NCBI GenBank assembly: GCA_016342585.1
Contig: JAEINK010000001.1
Location: forward strand, 137,287-201,286
Length of the DNA stretch: 64,000 bases
Direction of reading: 5' to 3'
Source of the DNA: Spirochaetales bacterium
GTDB taxonomy: Bacteria; Spirochaetota; Spirochaetia; UBA9216
The notes under the pieces were generated by a model that was not told the DNA's origin, did no database searches, and saw only the letters and a program-made list of their open reading frames with translations. Both the position numbers and the translations under genes were made by a program. Shown here in pieces: positions 20,837-30,644 of the stretch; position 1 is the stretch's first letter; each line of letters opens with the position of its first letter.

Positions 20837-21226
20837 TTATTCAAAAAGATATGATTTAACCTTAATAAGTTTACGTTCAAACATTCTGTAGACGGCTTCA
20901 GGAAGATCTGCATTCGTTTTATTATCCCTGCATAATCGAATAAAATCAGGAATGAATTCATCTACGCTGCTATACTTCGAAGGGTCCACATTATTCAAGG
21001 AATTTATTAGCTTTTCTATTCCTTTTATCTCATCACTAATGGTTGCAAGATTTTCAAGAAAAACATAGTTCGAGATCTCTTCATCAGCCTTTCGGCACTT
21101 GTAGACATCCTCAAGATCCTTCAAGTCAGCTTCGAGATCCTTAAGTTCAATCTTTAAAATTATTAAAAATTTCTCAATCTTAGCTTTCATTAGCCAAATT
21201 ATAGTTGATTTAATATCAGACTGCAA
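20837..21226 (-). CDS. Hypothetical coiled-coil protein in V-ATPase operon
   Basis: 129 aa. Tightly packed with 21-24 nt gaps between atpE and the next upstream ORF. No recognizable motif. Confidence 0.45.
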   Translation of the reverse strand: MQSDIKSTIIWLMKAKIEKFLIILKIELKDLEADLKDLEDVYKCRKADEEISNYVFLENLATISDEIKGIEKLINSLNNVDPSKYSSVDEFIPDFIRLCRDNKTNADLPEAVYRMFERKLIKVKSYLFE

Positions 21227-21250
21227 GAGATTCTGGAGATTTTATTAAAA

Positions 21251-21655
21251 TTATGCATGCATCTCTCCAAGGCTCATATCTCCATGAATCTTCAAACAGT
21301 TACCATCTTTTTCAACTCGAAGCTCCCGTTCAGGAAATCGAAGAGTAAGCTCCTTCTGAATAAGATCTTTAACCTCATTTTCAATCTTTAGCCGGATCTC
21401 TTTTGATACAGTGGTCAGGGTTGCCAGGTAGATTTCCACGACCCACCCACGCCCCAGTTTTGATCCATATCCTGCCGAAAAACTTGCACCCACATTGAAA
21501 AGGCCGTCCATTTCAACATTTCCTGTCGTTCCCCTTTCGGGACGATTTGGATGCAATGGAAAACAACCTGCATATTCATTTTCCAGAAACTCATCCACTC
21601 CAACAAAAATACTGCGCAGTCTCTCTTCCCATTTTCTAGTTAAAGGATGATCCAT
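21251..21655 (-). CDS. Hypothetical protein in V-ATPase operon
   Basis: 134 aa. 2-nt gap to the upstream lipoprotein gene. No recognizable motif. Confidence 0.45.
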   Translation of the reverse strand: MDHPLTRKWEERLRSIFVGVDEFLENEYAGCFPLHPNRPERGTTGNVEMDGLFNVGASFSAGYGSKLGRGWVVEIYLATLTTVSKEIRLKIENEVKDLIQKELTLRFPERELRVEKDGNCLKIHGDMSLGEMHA

Positions 21656-21657
21656 AA

Positions 21658-22293
21658 TTACCAGATTACCTCCCAGTTAAATTGATTGCCTATGAAATCC
21701 AAAGTATTCTGGGTAAATCTCACCGTGTTACTATCTCGTTCTCCGTCAATTTCACCAAGATTATAGGAGCTTGGTATTTTAGGTGTTGTAAGCCTTAATT
21801 CAATACTATTGTCAGGGAAGAACTCTTCCAATAAACGTCGGCTCTCCCCATCGAGATTCTCAATGATTGGCGCTATAGAAATAGTCAGCCTCTCCACATT
21901 CGTATTGCTTCCTGCCAATTCCATACTCCACTCTTCATTCATACCGGAAAGAAACCTGTTTAAAGTCTCGACTCTGTCAAAACGTAAGGAGGCTGAAATT
22001 GTCTTACCATTCTCTTTATATTCTAAAAAGGGAGATTCTATTATTGTCAGCCCCCCGGTAGCGGTTATCAAAGCATTTAAAGCCCCTATAGTTTCCGGCA
22101 AAGGATTGTAAGTTACCGATTCTCTCCAATTATATACCGAGGCGAAATAAGGGAGAGTGTATTCAAGAGATATTGTACCGGAACTATCCTCTTCCAGACG
22201 AATATCACAATTAAGATCGATGCATGAACTCAAAAGTGATATAAAAACAAGAGTAAATATTATTCCCGATAAATATTTCATAACTTTATTCAT
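21658..22293 (-). CDS. Lipoprotein (hypothetical), first gene of the V-ATPase transcription unit
   Basis: 211 aa. Signal peptide with lipobox LLSSC. Divergent from the alcohol dehydrogenase gene. Confidence 0.55.
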   Translation of the reverse strand: MNKVMKYLSGIIFTLVFISLLSSCIDLNCDIRLEEDSSGTISLEYTLPYFASVYNWRESVTYNPLPETIGALNALITATGGLTIIESPFLEYKENGKTISASLRFDRVETLNRFLSGMNEEWSMELAGSNTNVERLTISIAPIIENLDGESRRLLEEFFPDNSIELRLTTPKIPSSYNLGEIDGERDSNTVRFTQNTLDFIGNQFNWEVIW

Positions 22294-22419
22294 AGCTTTA
22301 TTATCAGGATATCGGCCATTATTGGCAAGCCCAAAAACAACCTTGATAACCGTTGATTTTATATACAGTGGATTTTGACTTTACCAAATAATTCAATAAT
22401 ACTTATGAAGAGGTATTAT

Positions 22420-23568
22420 ATGTCATTAAGGAAATTTGTTTCTCCAGAAATAATTTTTGGAAATGGGGCCAGAAATTTAGCTGGTAAATATGGTCATCAA
22501 TTTTCAGCAGAAAAAGCGCTTGTTGTTACGGATAAAAATCTACTGAAAACGGGGTGGGTGGATGATGTTTTAAGAACTCTCCATGAACAAAATATAAAAT
22601 ACACTCTGTTTTCCGATGTCACACCCAACCCCAGAGCCTTTGAAGTCATGCATGGTGCCGATTTATACCTTTCCGAAGGCTGTAATGTAATTTACGCTGT
22701 CGGCGGCGGGAGTCCTATGGATTGTGCAAAAGGGATTGGTATTGTCAGCTCCAACCAGAAGAATATTTTAAATTTTGAAGGAATCGATAAAATTATAAAT
22801 CCGGTACCACCCCTGATTTTCATTCCCACGACCGCGGGTTCATCTGCCGATGTATCCCAATTTTGCATAATCAATGATATTATGGAAAAAGTTAAAATCT
22901 CGATTGTCAGCAAGGCCATAGTTCCCGATGTTGCTCTGATTGATCCGGAAACCACCCTAACCATGTCACCCTACCTTACAGCCTGTACTGGAATGGATGC
23001 ACTGGTTCATGCCATCGAAGCCTTTGTTTCCACCGGTTCCGGTCCGTTAACAGATTTATATGCCCTGAATGCCATTGAACTGCTCTCAGAAAATTTAATC
23101 GATTTAATTCATGATCCTGATAATCCGTCACTTCGGGAAAAGATAATGCTGGCCAGCATGCAGGCGGGACTTGCCTTTTCCAATGCGATCCTTGGAACCG
23201 TACATGCTATGGCCCACAGTTTGGGAGGGTTCCTAGATTTACCCCATGGTGAATGTAATGCGCTGCTCCTGGAGCATGTGATTGATTATAATTTTGACTC
23301 TGTTCCGGACCGTTATTCAATAATCGCCAACAGGATGGGAAGTTCAATTAACAATGCTTCCTCATCTGAGATTAAGGAAAAACTACTGAATAGGATAAGA
23401 TCCATAAAATCTGGTGTTGGGATATCCTCATCCCTTATTAAAAGGGGTGTAAAACCAGAGGATCTAAAGCAACTGGCATCAAAAGCTGAAAAAGATGCCT
23501 GCATGCTCACAAATCCTAAACCTGCCACAGCAGAGGATTTAGAAAATATTTTCGGAAAAGCATTATAG
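22420..23568 (+). CDS. Iron-containing (group III) alcohol dehydrogenase
   Basis: Fe-ADH motifs GGGSPMDCAKGIGIV and the His cluster HAMAHSLGG..HGECNA. The track ORF starts at TTG 22375, but ATG at 22420 (MSLRKF...) is preceded by GAAGAGG with a 6-nt spacer. Confidence 0.85.
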   Translation: MSLRKFVSPEIIFGNGARNLAGKYGHQFSAEKALVVTDKNLLKTGWVDDVLRTLHEQNIKYTLFSDVTPNPRAFEVMHGADLYLSEGCNVIYAVGGGSPMDCAKGIGIVSSNQKNILNFEGIDKIINPVPPLIFIPTTAGSSADVSQFCIINDIMEKVKISIVSKAIVPDVALIDPETTLTMSPYLTACTGMDALVHAIEAFVSTGSGPLTDLYALNAIELLSENLIDLIHDPDNPSLREKIMLASMQAGLAFSNAILGTVHAMAHSLGGFLDLPHGECNALLLEHVIDYNFDSVPDRYSIIANRMGSSINNASSSEIKEKLLNRIRSIKSGVGISSSLIKRGVKPEDLKQLASKAEKDACMLTNPKPATAEDLENIFGKAL

Positions 23569-23580
23569 AGGAGTCACTGA

Positions 23581-24840
23581 TTGCCGTTTGAAAAAGATCA
23601 ACATAATGAACTCGAAAATTTGCTCGGTCTGGGTGATTTTTCTGCACGAAAAAGTTACTATCCGGAACTTCAATTAAAGATTAAAGAGCTCGATAATGCA
23701 AAAGATTATATTACAAGCATCATTAACAGTATGCCATCAGTCATAATTGGGCTTAATTCTGATTTCAATATTGTTCATTGGAATAATACTGCCGAAGTTT
23801 TTACTGGCAAAAAATTCCAGGATGTAGAACAACTGAATATCAAGGATATATTCCCCATGTTGACTGATGAGCTGGATAAAATAAAAGAGAATGTTTCTTC
23901 CCATATCATAACCAATATCACCAGGAAACCAATTATCCTTAATAATAAAAGGATAATAATTGATATAACTATTTTTCCACTTGATAATTACAGCAACACG
24001 ATAATGCGCATAGATGATGTCACCGAAAGGATAAAACTGGAAGAGGTTCTCATTCAGAATGAGAAGATGCTCTCGGTTGGGGGGCTTGCTGCCGGGATGG
24101 CTCATGAAATTTTAAACCCTCTGGGAGGGATTCTACAGACCGCCTATGTAATTCAAAACAGAATAGGAGAGAAAAGCGAGATACCGGCTAATAAAAAAGC
24201 GGCAAAAGAGGCAGGGACAACAGTTGAAGCCATCGGGAATTATCTGAGACTCCGTGGGATAACGACAATGATTGATCGTATAAGTGAATCAGGAAAAAGA
24301 ATTTCTGCCATAGTTGATAATATCCTGAGTTTTGCACGAACAAATCATGATATTCGATCCAGACATAACTTAAACGATCTATTGCATGCGACCTTAAAAC
24401 TATCGTTAACCGATTATAACATGAAAAAAAATTATGATTTTAAACATGTAAAAATCATAAAACATTTTTCTCCTGATTTACCCTCCATTCCCTGTGAAGA
24501 ATCCAAGATCCAACAGGTATTGCTCAATATCCTAAGGAATGCAGCCGAGGCCATGCATGAAAGCAATATAGAAAACCCCGAAATTGAAATCTCAACAGGT
24601 ATAGAGGAACCTATCAGGATGGCCGTTGTTGAAATCAGAGACAATGGACCAGGTATCTCAGAGGAAATCAAGAAGAGAGTATTTGAGCCTTTTTTTACGA
24701 CAAAACCTTCCGGCATGGGAACCGGACTGGGTTTAAGTATCTCCTATTTTATTATCAAGGAAAATCATGGTGGTGAGCTGATAATTGAATCTGAGCCGGG
24801 CCGGGGGACAAAGTTTATTATCAAACTTCCTCTTGATTAA
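23581..24840 (+). CDS. Cytoplasmic PAS-domain sensor histidine kinase
   Basis: 419 aa. PAS region, H-box LSVGGLAAGMAHEILNPLGG and HATPase_c G-boxes (GTGLGLSISYFIIKENHGGELIIESEPGRGTKF). No TM segment. Probable TTG start with GAGGAG 7 nt upstream. Confidence 0.85.
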   Translation: MPFEKDQHNELENLLGLGDFSARKSYYPELQLKIKELDNAKDYITSIINSMPSVIIGLNSDFNIVHWNNTAEVFTGKKFQDVEQLNIKDIFPMLTDELDKIKENVSSHIITNITRKPIILNNKRIIIDITIFPLDNYSNTIMRIDDVTERIKLEEVLIQNEKMLSVGGLAAGMAHEILNPLGGILQTAYVIQNRIGEKSEIPANKKAAKEAGTTVEAIGNYLRLRGITTMIDRISESGKRISAIVDNILSFARTNHDIRSRHNLNDLLHATLKLSLTDYNMKKNYDFKHVKIIKHFSPDLPSIPCEESKIQQVLLNILRNAAEAMHESNIENPEIEISTGIEEPIRMAVVEIRDNGPGISEEIKKRVFEPFFTTKPSGMGTGLGLSISYFIIKENHGGELIIESEPGRGTKFIIKLPLD

Positions 24841-25466
24841 GTTTTCGGATTCAATACAAAATCAGCAGAGTTCCCAAGCATTATGGATTCCATATGATGG
24901 CTTTCACCAAGCCTTTTAAAATCAACAATCTGTATTTCTCCGTTATTCTGAAACGCCTCGGGGTAATCGGGCAGAGTATTCTCTAAAAGGGCCTGAACAA
25001 TCCTCAGAGTTACGGCATGTGTCACAATCAAGGTGTTTCCATCTAAAGGTTTTTTTTCTATCAGAGCGAAGAAATCTATAAGCCGAATGGAGATATCTTC
25101 ATAGGACTCGCCCCCGCCTTTTGGTCGCCAATCCCACCTTTTTGTATAATCCATCTCGAAATCAGGTTCAGCTTTAGCCTCCTCATAGTACATTCCGGAA
25201 AAACTTCCGAAATGCTGCTCCTTGAAGCGGTCATCTGTCTCGATCTCAAGACCGAATTTTTCAGCAAAGGGCTGAGCAGTTTGCAGGGTCCTGAGCAGGG
25301 GTGATGAAATAATCCTGTTGATTCTATGTACCTCATAAAGTTCTTCAGCAATTAAAGCCGCATCGGCCTTCCCCTCATCCGTGAGGCAATAGGCAAGCTG
25401 ACTGCCCAGGATTTTTTGTCGGTTGGCTTCACTCTCCCCGTGCCGTATAAAAAATAGATGGTTCAT
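24837..25466 (-). CDS. Histidine phosphatase family protein (phosphoglycerate mutase-like)
   Basis: 209 aa. N-terminal catalytic RHGESEAN motif. Confidence 0.8.
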   Translation of the reverse strand: MNHLFFIRHGESEANRQKILGSQLAYCLTDEGKADAALIAEELYEVHRINRIISSPLLRTLQTAQPFAEKFGLEIETDDRFKEQHFGSFSGMYYEEAKAEPDFEMDYTKRWDWRPKGGGESYEDISIRLIDFFALIEKKPLDGNTLIVTHAVTLRIVQALLENTLPDYPEAFQNNGEIQIVDFKRLGESHHMESIMLGNSADFVLNPKT

Positions 25467-25481
25467 ATTTCCTCTTTTTAT

Positions 25482-27872
25482 CTATCCGAGTTCAACTTCG
25501 GTTTTTCCAAATCCCCCCTGCTCTGGGTGGGCAAAATCGAATTTTTTCACCGAAGGACAGCTTCTGAGATAGTCATGGACCCCCTTCTGAAGAACCCCCT
25601 CTCCAAGGCCATGTATAACATGAAATACGGTGAGTCCAGAGAGTATAGCTCTGTCTATATGCTGCTCCAGGGCGGATATCGCTTCGGAAAGCCTCATACC
25701 CCGAAGATCCAACTCCATGGAGGCATAAGCCCCTCTTTTACCTACCGAAAGTTTATAGGAGGTGTCTTTTTTCTTTTTCCCTTTGACGGGGATGAGATCC
25801 TTCTCTTTAAAAGTCATCTTCATCTGACCGACAGCCACAAGCCATTTCCCTCCCCGCTCTTTTCGAATAAGGGTACCATTTCTTTTATGGGGTCCCACAA
25901 GGACATCTATCCCCTCTTGAAACAGGTCAGGATCAGCCGGTTTTAAAGCGGCACCGTCTGAAGCAGATTCTCCGGAGAGTTCTTCTTCAAGTAACATTTC
26001 AAGCTCCTGACGTTTTTCCTCTTCGGCCCCCTCTTTCAAGGTCAGGTCATCGACGAATTCCCGGACGGATTTGGTTTTCTGCTTATCCAAAATGCCTGTT
26101 TTTATAGAGGCAACAAGATTTTCAAGTTCTTTGCGGCTGTTACGAATGTATTTTTTAAGTTCACCATAATCATCCATTCGGATCTCAGCCTCTTTCTGCC
26201 TGAGCCGAAGCTCTTTCAGATCGACATTTCGTCGAAGTTGATTCAACTCCCTCTTTGAATCTTTCAGGGCCTTCTCCTGCTCCCGGATTCGTATCTGACC
26301 TTCCTGCAGTTCCTGAATCATCTCTGAAACATCGGTCTTTTCGCCACGGACATAATCCCGGGCTGCCCCTATTATTTCAGGAGCAAGTCCAGAAGCCGAA
26401 GCAATCTCCAGGGCGTGGCTCTCCCCCGGTATACCGGGAATAATATGATAGGTAGGCTTCAGGGTAGCATCATCGAAGGTAACAGAAGCATTCTGGGCCC
26501 CTTTTCGTGTATACCCATAATTCTTCATAACCCCAAGATGTGTTGTGGTAATAACCAGAGCGCCCTTATTGGCAAACCAATCCAGAATAGACATGGCAAT
26601 CGCAGCCCCCTCCTGGGGATCCGTCCCACCACCAAGCTCATCCAGCAGAACAAGGGATTCACTATCCGCACTATCCATAATAAATGAATGACGTCTCATA
26701 TGACCGGAAAAAGTCGATAGGGACTCCTCTATGGATTGGTCATCACCAATATCTGCGTATACGCCTGAGAATAGGGCAAGACCACTTCCCTCCCGGGCAG
26801 GAATCTCCATGCCAAACTGGTGCATCATAACAAAAAGCCCCGCCGTTTTAAGCGAGACAGTCTTCCCTCCGGTATTGGGACCGGTTATTATCAGGATATT
26901 TGTTTCCCCATCCACAGCTAAATTGATAGGAACAACCTGATTCCCAAGGCCGGGGTGGCGCGCTTCGATCAATTTTATACCACGTTCAAGAAGATGAGGA
27001 CGGGAGCATTTGTGAACTCTGGAATATCGGGCGCGGGAGTAGATTGAGTCTAAAAACGCAATTTGTCCTACAAGGATCTCACATTGATCAAGCTCTTCCT
27101 GAATCCTTCGGGTAAGTTCCCGCAGGATCTTAAGCTCTTCCTGCCGGAGTCGATTCTCTTCGACGGCAAGCTGATTATTTTTCTCGACGACTTCATAGGG
27201 TTCAATGAAAACCGTAGCCCCTTTGGCAGAGACCTCATGGACAATTCCTTTAACTTTACCCCGATGATGAGCCTTCAGGGGAAGAACTGTTCGCCCATCC
27301 CTCTGGGTCGGTAAATCTGTCTGCCAGTAATCCTTGTTGGACTGAAGATATTTAAAACTTATATCCCGCATATCCTGGGTCAGCCGGTTTATTACCCTTT
27401 TTATGGGCTTTATGGCCGGGTGATTTTCCAATATATTTCCCTGATCATCCAGATTCCTGGAAATCTCATCTGCCAAAGGTGAAAGATCCGGAATGAGTTC
27501 CGCCTCGGGAACGAGAAGAGCCCGGTAATCATCCCGATTTTCAGGAATGTGTTTTAAATATTTTGAAAGCGCCATAGAGGATCGTATATAACGGCTTAAG
27601 TTGGCAGCTTCGGGACCTTCAAGAACACTTCCCTCCTTATCGATCTTTTTAAAGAAGTTCATGGCCGGAAAGTCCATGGCCGGTAAACCTTCGGTTACGT
27701 CGAGAAGCATCCTGAACTCACAGGTTTTATCTAAAGAGGCTGATAATTCTTCCTTCTCCCTGAAAAAATCCTGTTCTTCAATTATAACTGCTCCCTCACG
27801 GGAGAAACAGTAGGAAAGAACCTCCTCTTTGATCTTGTTAAAATCCAGAAGTTCTCTGGTCTGTCTATCCAT
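25482..27872 (-). CDS. mutS2: Endonuclease MutS2
   Basis: MutS domain with Walker A GPNTGGKTVSLKTAGL and C-terminal Smr domain (LDLRGMRLSEA...VIHGLGEGVL). The track ORF extends to 28058, but the conserved N-terminus MDRQTRELLDFNKIKEEV begins at 27872, preceded by GAGGAAG. That start overlaps the rsgA stop by 8 nt. Confidence 0.9.
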   Translation of the reverse strand: MDRQTRELLDFNKIKEEVLSYCFSREGAVIIEEQDFFREKEELSASLDKTCEFRMLLDVTEGLPAMDFPAMNFFKKIDKEGSVLEGPEAANLSRYIRSSMALSKYLKHIPENRDDYRALLVPEAELIPDLSPLADEISRNLDDQGNILENHPAIKPIKRVINRLTQDMRDISFKYLQSNKDYWQTDLPTQRDGRTVLPLKAHHRGKVKGIVHEVSAKGATVFIEPYEVVEKNNQLAVEENRLRQEELKILRELTRRIQEELDQCEILVGQIAFLDSIYSRARYSRVHKCSRPHLLERGIKLIEARHPGLGNQVVPINLAVDGETNILIITGPNTGGKTVSLKTAGLFVMMHQFGMEIPAREGSGLALFSGVYADIGDDQSIEESLSTFSGHMRRHSFIMDSADSESLVLLDELGGGTDPQEGAAIAMSILDWFANKGALVITTTHLGVMKNYGYTRKGAQNASVTFDDATLKPTYHIIPGIPGESHALEIASASGLAPEIIGAARDYVRGEKTDVSEMIQELQEGQIRIREQEKALKDSKRELNQLRRNVDLKELRLRQKEAEIRMDDYGELKKYIRNSRKELENLVASIKTGILDKQKTKSVREFVDDLTLKEGAEEEKRQELEMLLEEELSGESASDGAALKPADPDLFQEGIDVLVGPHKRNGTLIRKERGGKWLVAVGQMKMTFKEKDLIPVKGKKKKDTSYKLSVGKRGAYASMELDLRGMRLSEAISALEQHIDRAILSGLTVFHVIHGLGEGVLQKGVHDYLRSCPSVKKFDFAHPEQGGFGKTEVELG

Positions 27873-28794
27873 ATTTGTTTTCTTCCTCAATCTCCAGAAG
27901 ACCGTAGTACATCCGGAGGTAACTCTCATATCTGTCAGGGTGGATATCACCCCGCTCGGCTGCATCCCGGACACCGCAATTTGGTTCATGAATATGAAGG
28001 CATGCAGGGAGGTTGCATTCATCAATGAATGGGACAAGATCCGGCATAAACCGGGCAAGGTTCCGTGCTTCCACTCCGCAGAGGTGTATCTCCCTGATTC
28101 CCGGGGTGTCTATCAGAGCGCCCCCCTCCCAGGGAAGAAGGATGCCATAATTTGTTGTATGCCGGCCACGGTTGTACTTATCAGAAATCTCTCCAACCCG
28201 AAGGTTGAACGAGGGTTCAAGTGTGTTCAATATCGATGATTTTCCAACCCCCGACTGACCGACAAAAGCCGCGGTTTTTCCTTTCAGAAAAGCCTTAAGC
28301 TCATCCACCCCTTCCCCTGTTTTGGCAGAACATAACCGGTAGTCATACCCCATGGCCTTGAAATCTTCCAACCTGATTTTAACGTCTTCCGTCATTCCCT
28401 GGTCCATTTTATTCACCAGGATCAGGACAGGAAAATGATCTTCAGCCATTATCAGAACCCGATCAATAAAACGTGGTCGGAAAGGAGGTGAGTCCGGGGA
28501 GGCCAGACATACCAGTAGATCTATATTGGCGGCCACTGTCTGGGGGGAGTTTCTCTTTTTATTCCACCTGGAAAAATCATTCCGCCGGTCTTCTCTGCCG
28601 GTTATCATCCCTTTTCCGGCATGGCCTGAATCCTCTTTAAAGAAAACTCTATCCCCGGGGGCTATAGGATTGTACTGCTTCTCATGGCCTTTCAGCTTTT
28701 TCCCTTTCAGCCTGCACTCCAGTAGCTTTTCACCATACTGAACGGTAAAGATATTGTTAATCCCATATAGAACAATTCCTGATTCAATGCTCAA
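27865..28794 (-). CDS. rsgA: Ribosome small-subunit biogenesis GTPase RsgA
   Basis: 309 aa. Circularly permuted GTPase motifs (LVNKMD, GQSGVGKSSILN) and the C-terminal zinc-binding CLHIHEPNCGV. Confidence 0.9.
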   Translation of the reverse strand: MSIESGIVLYGINNIFTVQYGEKLLECRLKGKKLKGHEKQYNPIAPGDRVFFKEDSGHAGKGMITGREDRRNDFSRWNKKRNSPQTVAANIDLLVCLASPDSPPFRPRFIDRVLIMAEDHFPVLILVNKMDQGMTEDVKIRLEDFKAMGYDYRLCSAKTGEGVDELKAFLKGKTAAFVGQSGVGKSSILNTLEPSFNLRVGEISDKYNRGRHTTNYGILLPWEGGALIDTPGIREIHLCGVEARNLARFMPDLVPFIDECNLPACLHIHEPNCGVRDAAERGDIHPDRYESYLRMYYGLLEIEEENKYG

Positions 28795-29669
28795 ATATCG
28801 CCTCCGTATTCAAGTCTGAACCGGTGTGCAAAATCGGTCAGCCTTAGCAAGTCATTTTCCTCACCCTGTGAGGTCAGAAAAATATGTTTATTCTCATCTA
28901 TACTATCACAAGCATTTGAATTCGCAGAAAGCGAACGTCGGCCTGCTACGTGAAGAATACGCTGTATTTGCCTGCCCACGCCGTCTACAGAATCAACTAT
29001 CTCTACAGATTCACCCATTAATGCGGCAAGTTCCTCTTTGAGGAAAATAAAATGAGTGCACCCGAGAACCAGGGCATCTATCTTTTTTTCAATAAAATAG
29101 TCGGCCACAGGCTGCAGAAATTCCATTCGCTCCTCGAAAGTTGATGAAAACAAATTCCGTTCAACAAATCTTACAAGCTCCCCTGCACCATACCTGAATA
29201 TTTCACAATGTGATGCAAAGTCATCTATGAGTCTATCGGTATATCGATCTGTAACAGTTCGGCTTGTGGCAAGCAGTCCTATCCTGACCGATTCCCCCAC
29301 AGAAAAACTGCCGGAAGAGTTCTCATTACTGTTTTTCGAATCAGGGATACTCCTGCCGGCAGCCGTTTTTATTGCCGGAACAGTGCCGACAAAGGGGATA
29401 CAGAATTTTTCCCGAAGTTTATTCAGGGCTACTACCGAAGCGGTATTACATGCAATGACTGCCATCTTGGGATCAACCCGCTCGATTAGCTTATTCATCT
29501 GCAGCAGAATTATTGACAGTAATTCCTCGGCAGCCTTTTCGCCATAGGGAAAGTTCCCGGTATCGGCAAAATATACAAACCTCTCCTCAGGCTCACGCTC
29601 TGCAAGCCAGGAGAGGTATGACAGTCCTCCGACACCCGAGTCATAAAAAAGAATTGCTTTATCATTCAT
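28791..29669 (-). CDS. murI: Glutamate racemase
   Basis: Motifs FYDSGVGGLSY, IACNTAS and LGCTHF. The track ORF starts at 29747, but MNDKAILFYDSGVGG (start 29669) fits the MurI N-terminus and avoids overlap with the upstream gene. Confidence 0.85.
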   Translation of the reverse strand: MNDKAILFYDSGVGGLSYLSWLAEREPEERFVYFADTGNFPYGEKAAEELLSIILLQMNKLIERVDPKMAVIACNTASVVALNKLREKFCIPFVGTVPAIKTAAGRSIPDSKNSNENSSGSFSVGESVRIGLLATSRTVTDRYTDRLIDDFASHCEIFRYGAGELVRFVERNLFSSTFEERMEFLQPVADYFIEKKIDALVLGCTHFIFLKEELAALMGESVEIVDSVDGVGRQIQRILHVAGRRSLSANSNACDSIDENKHIFLTSQGEENDLLRLTDFAHRFRLEYGGDI

Positions 29670-29679
29670 ATTATACAAA

Positions 29680-29976
29680 TCATTTAAAAAGTTGGTTAAA
29701 ATCATCCAGGGCATCGTCCTGCCCCGAATCCTCTCCGGCCTCTCCATCTTTTTTTAGATTGAAGAATCCGCAGAAATTTGCCTTTTCCTTATCCATTACT
29801 GCTTCAGGAACATGTTCCCTGCACTCCCAATGAGAGTTAGGGGAATAGAAAACACAGTTTTTACAGACCTTTGCATCCCTTCCACATGAAGGGCATTCTG
29901 TGCTCCGGTAAACTTCCATTTTCTCTGGAAATTCATTTTTACAATTATAACAAATAGCCATGAAATAATGATACAC
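29680..29976 (-). CDS. Small Cys-rich zinc-ribbon protein (hypothetical)
   Basis: 98 aa. CYNC...CPSC...CKNC...C..H Cys-pair spacing followed by an acidic tail. First gene of the murI-rsgA-mutS2 transcription unit. Confidence 0.5.
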   Translation of the reverse strand: MYHYFMAICYNCKNEFPEKMEVYRSTECPSCGRDAKVCKNCVFYSPNSHWECREHVPEAVMDKEKANFCGFFNLKKDGEAGEDSGQDDALDDFNQLFK

Positions 29977-30041
29977 ATCAATAGAAGTTTTGACCAGACA
30001 TTCGCCTTGACATAATCGCAGTTTCGCTTATTCTGATATGT

Positions 30042-30644
30042 ATGTTTAAACCAGAAAAATGTTCCGTACCGGAATGTAATAAAACAGCCATTAGTTTCCG
30101 AGACACTTGTTTTGAGCATGTTGATGATAAAAATAGATACCTCGATGAATTAGCTGCGTATATGAGTAATACCAGTCTGATCAAGGATTTGAATTTAACG
30201 GGAATAGATTTTAAAAATATGGATTTTTCAAATAATAATTTCTATGTCTGTGATTTCAGGGGTAGTTCTTTTGAGGATTCGGATCTCTCACGAATATCCA
30301 TGAGATTATGCTTTCTTGCTTTTACAAGGTTTTCAAACTGTAAACTACATGAGATTGATCTGAAATATACAACCTGGTCCGGTGCTCTAATGTCCGATTC
30401 CCAATTTTCGGGGTCCGATCTCCTTCATACAAATTTCAATGGAATCAAAACCAGAGAATGCAATTTTAATGATTCGGATCTCTATTTTTCAAGTTTCATC
30501 AATGCCAAAATGACAGACACTACCTTCAGAGACTGTAATCTGAGAAAAGTGAATTTTTGTGATTCTAAACGGGTAAACGTAGATTTTAAATATTCAAACT
30601 ATGAAGAAGCACTTTTTCGAACCCCCAAGGAGTCCCAATTTTGA
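30042..30644 (+). CDS. Pentapeptide-repeat protein with N-terminal Cys/His cluster
   Basis: 200 aa. N-terminal CSVPEC...CFEH, then tandem A(D/N)LxF-type pentapeptide repeats (DLNLTGIDFKNMDFSNNNF..., SDLSR..., SDLLHTNFNG..., SDLYFSSF...). Confidence 0.75.
   Translation: MFKPEKCSVPECNKTAISFRDTCFEHVDDKNRYLDELAAYMSNTSLIKDLNLTGIDFKNMDFSNNNFYVCDFRGSSFEDSDLSRISMRLCFLAFTRFSNCKLHEIDLKYTTWSGALMSDSQFSGSDLLHTNFNGIKTRECNFNDSDLYFSSFINAKMTDTTFRDCNLRKVNFCDSKRVNVDFKYSNYEEALFRTPKESQF

Noticed and set aside
29796-30184. Two minus-strand ORFs (107 and 68 aa) between the zinc-ribbon and pentapeptide genes
   Set aside because: They overlap both real genes and the divergent promoter region. They are hydrophobic, low-complexity and have no RBS.
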